DNA from: Adineta vaga
Lineage: Eukaryota > Animalia > Rotifera
Length of the DNA: 64,000 nt
Direction of reading: 5' to 3'
NCBI GenBank assembly: GCA_021613535.1
Contig: CP075495.1
Coordinates: 7,502,001-7,566,000, forward strand
Shown here: positions 44,000-56,610 of the stretch, in pieces
Layout of the letters: each line of letters starts with the position of its first letter
How positions within the stretch are numbered: position 1 is the first letter of the stretch
Made by a program: the position numbers and the translations under genes
The notes under the pieces: model-generated
The model's input: the letters and a program-made list of their open reading frames with translations, nothing else
Told to the model about the DNA's origin: nothing
Database searches by the model: none

Positions 44000-45445
44000 T
44001 ATCTGCCTCCGTTGTTCTTTTTTTTCTGTTTCGTACGTACGTTGTTAATATTACGAATGTAAAAAATGTGTATTGATCAAACAAAAATTTCTTACTACGT
44101 TAAACGTAGATATTTGTTTCTTATTTCAAATTAATAAAGTTAATAAACTAAAAAAAACTTAATTTCCTGTGTTTTTTACTCCTACTACTTCTCTCAACTT
44201 ACTAATTTGTCTGATTATTAATTATTCATGATAACACCGCAAAATTTAGATCAAAGCATATCTTACATTACTTATTATCCATGAAATAATTAGAATGCTC
44301 AAAACGTGACAGTACTACTAAATACTACGTATATGCAATGCAGTAGAAAATATGTATACAAATGATTCTCGTTTTCTTTTATCTAAAAATAGATAATCGA
44401 CAAGTGGATTGTAAACATGTATTTTGACAGGTATTCTTTTAATGCGTCGTTTTTTTTTCAGGCTGAAAATATCATATGTTATTCTAAGAAATATGGCTTA
44501 AGAGAACTCGAGTTTGTACCCAATATTGTCGTACCTTTTTTAGCGTTTCTCTTCTTAATAGACTGACTTTTGTTTCTGACACGATTCGTTACGAAATTAG
44601 TTTTGACATCGATCATTCCTCAACACGTAAATATATATGATGGATTTCTCAAAAAGGCAATAAAAGTTGACGGGAATGTTTATAATTATGCTTGGCGTGT
44701 CAATAGAATTCGAAGGCATTAATGTTTGCCGGTTAAAATTCATGAGTATTAACTATTACGTTGTTGTATTTTGTTATAGAAATAAATAATGACTTCATGT
44801 ACTCAAAGTAAACAAACTACAATTACTATTTGCACATCCTACATCGATGAAATAAACGTTGTTTTATCAACTGTGAAAAAATTTGTTCATTTGACTCTCG
44901 ATGTGGAAATCTGTTGCTCTACAGACGATATGATGAGTTCATAGTCTGAGACATGTGTTATTATAGTCTACTAATGATAGTGTTCATAAAATATACACTG
45001 ACAACAAGAAATGGTATGACATTGATTTTTACAAAGTTCATATTGAAAATGTGAAAAGAAAAGTTGATTTTGAATGGTACAACTAAGTTCTACCTTCTCA
45101 TCTGTTGACAGACAATATCAAGGATAACATGGTTACATTCGATGTAAAACACCAGAGTATTTTTAGTTTTCATAATTTTAGAATATATATAATTAAGTTA
45201 ACGAACAGTGAGTATAGTAAGAAGAAGCCGTTTTGTGGCGCTCTCTATCGAAGATATAAAACGATGTTGTTCATATGATTCTGCATGTAATCCAATCATG
45301 AAATAATGATTATAATCAATCACTAAAATTGACCTTAAGTTTTGTATTCTAATTGTAAATTTAAATGTCTATAGCAATGTTTTCGTTGTCTTATATTTAT
45401 ATCTTTCTTTATTTCACATTCTAGAAGTTTCTCATTATTTGTAAT

Positions 45446-46057
45446 ATGGATTCGCAACCGATTATTCGTGATCTTGTTTTAGCTAATATTGTATCGTCAA
45501 CAGCATCATCCGCAGAAACTTGTGTACAACTAGTTGAAAGTGAAAAAAATCCATTCGGTCATGCTTTAGTGAATTCACGAAATGATATTGTTTCGGATCC
45601 TCAAGATCTTGTTAATTTAGCTCGACAGATTGAAACATGTGATGCATTTGTACGTGCAAATGTTTCGAATCGTTTACAAGTAATTGTTAATCAAATGAAT
45701 TATTTACGACAAGAAGCACAACGTACATTAATGAAAGCTCGTCGTGATGATGAATTAAATCATTGCGCCTGTAATCTTGTACGACGACCTGGACAAATTT
45801 ACTATCATTATGAAAGACAAAGTGGACAGAAATATTTATCAATCATGCATCCACAAGATTGGTTATCAACTGTTAAAAATACTGGATGTCCACATCGATT
45901 TATTGGTGCTTATAGACTTGAATATGATAATTCATGGACACGACAACCAACAGATTATGATGATGGATTAGATGATCCGTTAGATGAATTGAAACAACAG
46001 AAAGCAAATGATCTACAACAAAATCAGAAGATGATTGAATTTCTTATTAAATCATAA
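45446..46057 (+). CDS. DUF2452 / C1orf50-like protein, intronless
   Basis: DPQDLVNLARQIETCDAFVRAN...LNHCACNLVRRPGQIYYHYER..GQKYLSIMHPQDW..FIGAYRLEYDNSWT. Confidence 0.85.
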   Translation: MDSQPIIRDLVLANIVSSTASSAETCVQLVESEKNPFGHALVNSRNDIVSDPQDLVNLARQIETCDAFVRANVSNRLQVIVNQMNYLRQEAQRTLMKARRDDELNHCACNLVRRPGQIYYHYERQSGQKYLSIMHPQDWLSTVKNTGCPHRFIGAYRLEYDNSWTRQPTDYDDGLDDPLDELKQQKANDLQQNQKMIEFLIKS

Positions 46058-46128
46058 ATTGTTTTTTTTACTTTCAAAATAAAGAATAAAATCAATAGCA
46101 GCCAAATTTTCTTTTCAGACAAAAAAAG
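46058..46128 (+). promoter_or_regulatory. Candidate intercistronic region: T tract, two AATAAA, TTTTCAG acceptor 10 nt before the ATG
   Basis: 71-nt spacer; AATAAA at 46078 and 46085, TTTTCAG at 46112-46118. Confidence 0.5.
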
Positions 46129-47146
46129 ATGACTACTGCTACTAATGATAATGATGATGGCCTCGAATCAGTTCTTGGAGATGATGATGAATTTCAAGAA
46201 GCTGCTCTATTTGTTCAGAATAATCTATCATTATTCTCGCGTGATGATCTTCTATATTTATATGCACGATTTAAACAGGTAACATTTTTCCAAATCTAGA
46301 TCTATAAGAAATTGTTGTTTTCTTCTTGAAAAGGTAACTGTGGGTGACACAAACATTCCTCGACCAGGTTATTTTAGTTTCGAAGCTAAAACTAAATGGT
46401 AGATTCTGAAATGAAAAATCTACTATGATTTCGTTTTGTTTATTTGAAATTAAGGGATGCATGGAATGCTCTAAAATCTGTGTCAAAATTCGAAGCATCC
46501 AAAGAATATATTGAACTTGTAACAGATATAAAAGAAAAAAATCAGATGGAAAAACAAGTTCGTCATATAGCAAAATTTTCATGTAAATACGAATATTTAC
46601 TTTTAATTAGAAATCAGCCGGAACTGGACCAAGTGTTAGTCGATTATTAGTGAACAATGATGAACAAATGCCTGATGATGAAGAGAAAACAATTTACGAA
46701 TTTTGTCAAGATGGCAATGAAAAACGTGTAGAACAAATGCTTAAAAATAATTTTGATGTAAACAAACCAGATGAAACGGTATTTGAACTTTGTTATTTAA
46801 TTTTCTCTTTGATGATTTCTATACTTAGCAATTAACTCTATTACATTGGGCAGCAGATCGTGGTTATGAATCAATGATCAAACTTTTAGTTAAATACAAA
46901 GCCGATCTTAACGCGCGAGATGAAGATGGACAAACTCCATTATTTTACGGTATGTTGAGATGTATTCATCTCAAAAATTCATTCATTACGTCATTGCCTT
47001 TTCTAGCTGCTCATTCGAGTAACATTCCTTGTATAAAACTTTTACTTGTCCTTGGTGCGGATCCAACAATTCCAAATGATGATGGTGAATTACCATCATC
47101 TGTAGCACAAACAGATGAGGAAAAAGCTGCTTGGAACCAACTTTAA
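46129..47146 (+). CDS. ACBD6: Acyl-CoA-binding domain plus ankyrin repeat protein, 6 exons
   Basis: LLYLYARFKQVTVGD..PGYFSFEAKTKWDAW (ACBP), then LLHWAADRG and DEDGQTPLFYAA ankyrin repeats. Confidence 0.88.
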
Positions 47147-47734
47147 TAATCTGATTAGAAAACATTTCTTCTTTCAAATATATGTACTCTATGATCTTTC
47201 ATGTAAGATTAGACAACAACGAGATGTTTATTGTCACTATTCGGAAATAAAAATGTCACTTGAATGACTTCAGACTTGTGATTCATCTGATTAAATATAT
47301 AAATTGGATCAATTCATAAGTAAATGAGACCATATGTTTGGTTAATTAAAAATGCGAAATACTATTGACTATGTCTCTAGAGAAAGAAATAAAAAGGTTG
47401 GTAAGTATAAAGAAGAAAAAATAGCCTCAATATACCGTCAATTAAGTATCAAAACAATTATACTTTTTTGAAATGTTTATTTCTTCTTTTCGCTCTGTTA
47501 ACCTTTTTGCCGGACAACAAAAGACAATAGTAAGACTCTGTTTGTCTTCTATCATACGAACGAATTTTCTACTGGTCGAGCAGCTAACTTGACCGATCAA
47601 CAAACTTTCGTCTTCCTGTTCTTCTTCCTATTTTCGTTCATCAAACTGCACCATTCAATTAGAACAATAGACATTCATTTTCTTCACTTGTTCCCTTTCT
47701 TTTCGCTGCGTGTCTCTCGTCGACCCTGACATGG

Positions 47735-47744
47735 CCGTATATGG
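47735..47744 (+). promoter_or_regulatory. CArG-like box upstream of actin B
   Basis: CCGTATATGG (1 mismatch) ~240 nt upstream of the ATG. Confidence 0.35.
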
Positions 47745-47975
47745 CAATCGTCGGTCAAAACATACAGTGATGGAATAGTTGAAATAAACGCGAAAGAAAG
47801 AAAGAAATTGTGATAGAAAGAGAGATAGATAGAATAAAACAAAAAGAAAAAAAGAAGAAGAAAATAGAAAAGTGAAGAGTTAGAAGAACGCGCGCGTTAT
47901 TCGTCCAACGATAGAGACAAGAATAGGCAACAAGATATACAGACATTTACTTTCGTCTTAAATTTCATCTGATAA

Positions 47976-49265
<1,290 letters not shown>

Positions 49266-49864
49266 GCCAAGGTATCTTACAATTAATCTTGACCCCAACT
49301 TATTCTTGCATTTTTTCTGCTGTCTTTTTACTCTACATATTCATGTCCTATTGAGCATGTGTAATCAACTTTACAAATCTTATTCTCTTTGATTGCTCGC
49401 GCGTTTGTATCTTCTGTATGTTCCGCATTGTTCTTTAACATTTCATTTTGGTTTACAAAAAAAAACAAATATATATAAATAATACAATATTGTGTTGTTC
49501 ATTGGATTGATCATGTATGTGCAAAGACGAAAGATTTAAAAAAAAAGAAAAAAGATACAGGCGAAAAATGTGTAGAAGTGTAATCTTGAGTTGGTTCACG
49601 AAACAAAAGGAGAAAAGAACCAGCCAGAAAATATTAAGTGTGAAATGTTGTGATAGCTGCTTGCATTAATTCGATCTATAAATAGAAAAAGAAAAAGAAC
49701 TAACGTCATATATGCAGAAAGACAACGTCAATTTGTCGTATCAATAACGAACAAAATAAATAATGTAGTTTTTTTCTCGAAAACTAACTAATAATTTTTC
49801 ACAATGTATCTATATACATGTATATATCTAATTACAATATCGATTTATGTCTCGGAATTCATAA

Positions 49865-51351
49865 TCATAGTTGAGTTTCTATATAAGAAGTCCTATCAAG
49901 TCCGGTCATTGTCTTCATTACCGGAATTGGAAACACAATGGTTGAATTTTTCTCTGATGCAATTGTTGTTAACGTTTGTAAATATCGAAGTTGAAGAGCT
50001 GTCGGTGATTGCATGATAACATCGGCGGCATCTTTCAATGCTCTATATAAAGATTTCAAAGAGGTCTGATTAAACGAAAGTAAACTCAATCAATTTTACC
50101 TTGATGCTTTTTGTTCACCTTCGGCTGCAATAACTTTAGCACGAGCTTCTCTTGCAGCTTCAGCTTCCGCAGCCATTGCTCTATAGGAAAAAAAAAGAGA
50201 AAGATCAAATGAAAGTTAGAATAATTTTATGAAATAATATTCAATTTACCTTTGTAATTGAACAGGTAATCGAACGTCTTTTCTACAAATCAAGTGGAAA
50301 TATTTTAATTTATTTCTTTACATATATATAAAACAATAACGTACACTTCAACTCTTTCAACTCGAACTCCCCAACCTTCTGTACCTTCATCCAAAGCAGC
50401 CTAGAAAATAAGAATAGAATTACAGATTGTCTTTCTTCTAACAAATCAATCACTAGACCTGCATAGTTTGTGCAATAGATTCTCGATCTGAAAGAATCTC
50501 TTGTAATGATTTTGTACCCAAACTATTAAAAGAAAAAGCACAGAAGAACTACATAGAAAATAATGTGTAGATTAACTTACACATTACGTAAACTGGTAGC
50601 AGCTAGTAATTGTGTACTTTTCGGAGCATCTTCTACATTTGTAATTGATATAACTGGATCAAATACACGAAAATAGACAACAGCATCGACAGCTACGGTT
50701 ACTGAATCTTTTGTTAAAATCTATGTAGAAAATCATGGATATAGCATAGAAAAAAAAACAATCATCATTTATAATAATAATGTCAACCTCCTGCGGTGGC
50801 ACATCGAATGTAATTGTTCTCAGATCAACTTTTGTATAGGCATCAACGCATGGTATGATAATAAAAAGACCTGGTCCCTATGATAATCACAAGAATAGAC
50901 AAAAAATATAGATAATCATAGAGATTTATTAAATCGGATATACTTTGGCACCGCCAAGAATACGACCCAATCGAAACATAACGGCACGTTCATATTCTTG
51001 AACAACCTAATCAAATCAGAATATCATCTTTTTTTAATTTGACTCAAATCACATGTAACTTACTTTTAAACAAACTGTCAACGAAAATGGAAACGTCAGA
51101 CATATAATTGCATAAGAAAGGAATAATAATATATATCCACATATTCCCAAACTATAGTCTTCATGAGAATCTAATCAAGAAAACAGAAAAAAAGATTTAC
51201 TAATTAGTGAAATGAAATGAATGAATAACAAAGTAGGATTTTGTTAATGAGAGATCTAAAACTCACCATGATGTGTTCTAATTATTGATGCTCGAGAAAA
51301 CTGTATTGCTGAAGTTGAGCGTGGATGATGATCATTACGATCTAGACTCAT
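49865..51351 (-). CDS. Stomatin / MEC-2-like SPFH (band 7) protein, multi-exon
   Basis: [73 protein letters not shown] and [10 protein letters not shown]. Confidence 0.95.
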
Positions 51352-52490
51352 ATTTTCTTCTGATGTGTTTTTTTATCGTGCTTGTCGTCGTCTTCTCGTC
51401 TTACTATTCAAGTAGCGTTCGAACTATTTTCTCTGCTTATTGCTAGTTCTCACGCACGACAATGGAAATTGATGTTTCTGTCTCTTTATTACTACTATTA
51501 TTGCTCTATTGTTGCCGATATTATCATATTCTGCTTGTTAGTCTATCTTTTTTTCTCGTATTCTCCCTAGAGTCCTTAAGGTGTTTGTTTATTCAAAAGA
51601 TTCATAATGTTACTCCCTATTTCTCCCGCTCTCTCTCTCTCTATTACTTTATTACATTTCGAGCAAGGACAGTTATTTGACAGCAAGAAATGACAGTTGT
51701 ATTTGTCAAATGACAGATAACGTTTACAAAAACGATATCTCTATCATTATACCAAAGAATAATAACTAAATATTTTTTCTACAAAGAATAAAAAAACAAC
51801 ATAACTATGCCTACTTGCTGTTCGCTTGATTTTTGTTGTTAACGGTGCTGTATACATATGCAATGATGATAGATCAGTCAACGTCACTCAGACACACGCT
51901 TTTATTGAGAGATTCACCGTAAATGCATTTCCCTTGTCATCTTTTTTGCTTCTTTCTTTCTTATATTTCTTTTTTTGCAGTTTCCTCTAACTTAACGCAA
52001 CGATCTTCCGCTTGTTCTCTGTTTCTCTCTACACTTTCTTGCTTATCTACATGCTCTTCCCCCTTTTTTTTTATTGTTATATTCACATAGACCCAAGAGC
52101 TTTTTTCCAATTACATAATTGAATGTCTCTTGATACTCAATGTTCACAAGACAATTATGGGACAATCAATCGCTAGATAGTTCAAATCTGATTCAGCTTC
52201 AATAAATCGCATGCAATCATAAAACTTTAAATCCTTTTTCGTTAGTATTTAGGCTTCTCTAGAGAAATTATTCGAAGCTTTCGTCTAGTTGATAGCAATA
52301 ATTCTAGGCAAGCCAATGACAATAATAACAAATGAATAAAGACGATGCGTCCATCGTTCGTTATTAAACTAAACTGTTGTTGTTATTCGGGAAACGACAA
52401 GAAAAAGAAGAACGGAAGAACTCAATTTATAAGATGCAAGTTTCCTAGTCGTTCAGTTAATCATACAATACTCCAAACGATTAAGTAATA

Positions 52491-52519
52491 GAAGAAGAAG
52501 AAGAAGAAGAAGAAGAAGA
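52491..52519. repeat. (GAA)9 microsatellite
   Basis: Seen directly. Confidence 0.9.
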
Positions 52520-52664
52520 TCGAGAACTAACGAACGATAAGAGACATTTCTCTGGTTATCCAGTTTCGATTAGTTCGATAGTACTTCAATGTATGATAAT
52601 TTGTAGATGTATTTAGAATAAAATCCAAGAATTCTCATGAATCATATTAAATTATCTTTCTCAC

Positions 52665-52740
52665 CTGTCTTTATAATAGGTATTGGAAGCAATGCTAAAT
52701 GTGTTGAAGATGCTCGTAGATGATGATGATGGTGTGGCAT
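52665..52740 (-). CDS. Putative alternative first coding exon of stomatin (MPHHHHHLRASS...)
   Basis: ATG-initiated, 76 nt, ending CAG|GTGAG in phase 1, which matches the exon-2 acceptor at 51170. Confidence 0.55.
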
Positions 52741-53219
52741 TTTGATAAATCTAATTTTATGTTCTATTTCGTATAGATAAATAGGAAAAAAGCACGACCG
52801 CGAATGTTGATCTGTTTATCAGTTTGATTCGATATCTTTAGTAACTTCATAGGACCTATCTGGTTTTCTCATTTTTTTATCGAGTTAATTTAAATACGCT
52901 TGATCAATCGATCGAGAAACAGACTTGATAATATAATCCTTCCATCAGTCTTTTTTTCTCTGCTAGATTTACATTGTTACTTATCAAAAGAATTCGATAT
53001 AAAACAAGTTCTAGCTTTTTTTTCTCTTCCACGTTATAGAAAAAATACAAGGTCTTTTGTGTTTCTAAATAAGTGCGTTTTTTTCTGTCTGTCCTATTTA
53101 ACACTTCAACGAATTCATTAATGAGATTGTTGAATTAACTATAACCATCGTTTTCTTTTTTTTCTTCTATTGGCCTTTTCTCTCTATACTTATACATCTG
53201 TGTTCCTAATCTATAATAC

Positions 53220-53409
53220 CTGTACGAGTTTTTCCATGCGTATAATTGTTAGAATTATTGTTATAATTACAATTATTATTATTATTGTTGTTGTTGTTGT
53301 TGTTATCGAGATTATTCGTTGTTGATGGCGATTGTATTGATGGCACCACCAATCGTCTTCGTCGTTCATCATCTGCTTTCCAACTGTGATGTTGTTTTGC
53401 ACTGCGCAT
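53220..53409 (-). CDS. Putative alternative first coding exon of stomatin (MRSAKQHH..., poly-Asn)
   Basis: ATG-initiated, 190 nt, ending CAG|GTATT in phase 1. Confidence 0.5.
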
Positions 53410-53941
53410 GAATGAATTTTATTGTATTTTTCGATGTATTTGTGGATATCGTTTGTATTTGTAGTTGCCTCTGCTTTGTCTATACTTTCTCGTTGTATAC
53501 GAACAGTGACACACACTATTATCAATTATTATTTATGATATACTCTGATTCGAACGAAGATAGTTATAATGACAAGATGATTATTGTTGTCATCTTAGAA
53601 AATACCAAATCTAGCAAATAGATAGGCAAAAAAAAAGAAAATAAGAAATATGATATTTTAGAATTATTATAATATACGAGTCTTTCTCATCCTTCTCTTA
53701 CAATTCGGGTAATCAAAGAAAGGGTGACGATCTTGCCGATCAAACAATAGTTGACATGGTTACTCTCTCTTTCTTTTTTTTATCACGCTTCCTCTCAAAA
53801 GATTTCCTGCGGCTTTCTCTTCTCATTGCATCAACATCCGTGTCTTACATTCGTTTGTCTTTTCTCGTTTAGACACATTCCATTCAAACAGATGGAACAC
53901 ACATTCACACGCGTATAGGACGTTAATGATTCTATCTTTAT

Positions 53942-53974
<33 letters not shown>

Positions 53975-55555
53975 TTACTTTTATCTTGTTGTACGTATAT
54001 AGAAGTTGATCAGTATGAGTTTTGTCAAGAAATATCACTGAAACTAAATTATATTCGACAATAACAACAACAATACTGTCATTTATTAGAAACGGAAATT
54101 ACCGAAATGTTGCATGTGTCAGATGAAGGAAAAACACTAAGAAAATATCCATACTGAACATATCGATTTACTCGCTAGAATGCAATTACTATGTATAATG
54201 AGTAAACAAACAACATGTTAAATGTCATTCTTAATATTATTAAATAGGGAGAAAATACGATAGAAAAATTAAAATTTCTCACGAAAAGATTATCAGATGG
54301 TTCACTCGATTTTCTTCATATGTGACGTAGCAAAATCAACAGTTGCCATGCGATATAATAAATCGTGCTATGTGCGCTCGTCAACATTGACAAGAGAAAA
54401 AAAAATGCGATGATTTATATTCTCATTAGCATGTAACATTATGTATCTTATACTTTACGGGCATATTGCTATCTGAATATATCTGGTTGTAATCGATCGA
54501 ATGATTTTTGTTACTGAAGCTATATTACACTATAATTCTTCACTAACTATCGATCAAATGTAGTCTCTTTGAATTAGAAAATAATCTCTTTCTTACATCA
54601 GTCTTCTTTTACTATGAAATAAGTCGAACAAACTTGATCTCACATAGTTAGATATGATAAAATGATAGTTTTTAGTATATGCCGCACGTTCTTATCAAGA
54701 TGATTGCATGTCATGAATCTAATTTAAAGGCGCGTAATAATTAGTTTCAAAAGATAATCTTCTACAGAATGACTATTTCGACTGACAAACGATAGAAAAA
54801 AGATTTAGATTGATTGACAAATAATGATTCAACAGAAAAAAATTCATTTGATCCACTAGATAATTGATAAAAGAAAAAGAAGCTGCCGTAGTAATCAGTA
54901 ATTCGTCGAAATATATATGAATTCTACATATACCTCACGCAATATTTGACATCATTTTAATTCTCTTCATTATTAGACATCACAAAAAAACTAGTGATGT
55001 TTCATATCTCGATGACATATTTAAACTGAATCAATAACTATTTTCTTCGCCATTTGATTTGATTTATGGATCAGGTAATTCAATTGGAATTGATTTACAT
55101 CTATCTGAAAAAAATCCGACCAAAGATAACAATTTTCCACACAATAAATGATAGTTAATATGATAAAGAAGAAAATACCTTGACATATTCATTCATTGTA
55201 GCTAGAAAGTCAATAAATTAATACTTATCTCAGATCCAATGTACTTCTATACAATTAAAATTCAGCAAATCTTATAATAGTTATGTCGATTCTTATTGAT
55301 CACAAAAGATATCAAAACAAAATTAACATTCCAGACATCGTAATTACGATAATTGAGTTCTTACAATAACAGAAAATATTCAAAAGGAAATTCTTTTTCG
55401 AAATTGTCAGATGTCACCATTCTATTGTATCGATCGAGTGTCTTACGTACAAATGATATATATATATATATATACTACAGTCTAGTTTGTTTTTCTTCAT
55501 TCTTGTATATTTATACATACGAATTTTCTATTCTATTCTATCGTTTTTCTAAACA

Positions 55556-56103
55556 ATGCCTGCTCTTCCCAAAGAAAAACTTATTAAACGTGTTCAAACA
55601 CCTTCTCGGTAAGATATTTTCTTTTCTAAAAAGTTCTTATTCTGTATTATTCATTTAGTATTTATCCAAAATCGTTAAGTAATAGTGATGTTAAGCGACT
55701 TGGACCTAGTCGACGATTAAGTTCGAAACGTATACAGACACAATGTAAACATTTTCTTTATTTTACAATTGATGGAAATCTTTGTTATTTAGCGATTGAA
55801 ACTCAAACTGTTCTTGCTTGTCTGATTCTTACAGATAAACACAAACAAATGGATGAAGGAACTCAAACTGTAAGAACTCATCTTATGAAGATCTGATTTT
55901 TCTTTCATATTTCTTTTCTATTTTAGAATGATGATCCTGCTTATTATTATCCAAATTCAACAAATAGTTTTGTTACACGTTTAAGTCGATTTTTTGTATG
56001 TAGAAAATAATCTTACATTTTCTTTTCTATGAAAAGGATTTCGATTTCAATTTAGGGTGGAACGATCCTTTCATTGTTGAAATTATTTAAAAATGTGCAA
56101 TAG
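55556..56103 (+). CDS. Small 110-aa protein with tandem TQT/TQS motifs; 5 exons (55556-55608, 55659-55744, 55793-55869, 55927-55995, 56056-56103)
   Basis: Four 48-60 nt GT-AG introns join into one open 333-nt frame, MPALPKEKL...FKNVQ*. Confidence 0.7.
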
Positions 56104-56610
56104 AAAATTTCTTGTATTTATCTTTTCTGTCTTTATTTATTTATTTATTTCAAATAAACAGTAGTAAGAATTCTTTATATTTTCAATTAGAAAAAAAATT
56201 AAATAAATAAGAATTTCAGTATATTATTTACATGAATGAACCAATTCGTGACATAAAAGAGAATATGATATTTCAGTTTCACGAATGATTGTCTTTCCGA
56301 AAAAAATGAGAGCTGAATTTACGATCCAATTGTTTTATTATTTTCTTTTCTTAATAATAATAGGCTTTAGTCACAATGCATCGAAAAAATATTCTTTTTC
56401 TCAACACGTGATTACATATACTTTGAACTTAGTAATAACTTGATATCAATCCTTTTATTGTTCAAATGATTCATGTTTATTAACAACAAAATCAAAAAAA
56501 AAGAATAAATAAGAAAAATATCAGCACCAGAATATATATATATATATATGTATATATGCAAATGAGATTCGACATCAAGAGAAATAGAAATCTGAAAAAC
56601 TTCCTTCTTT

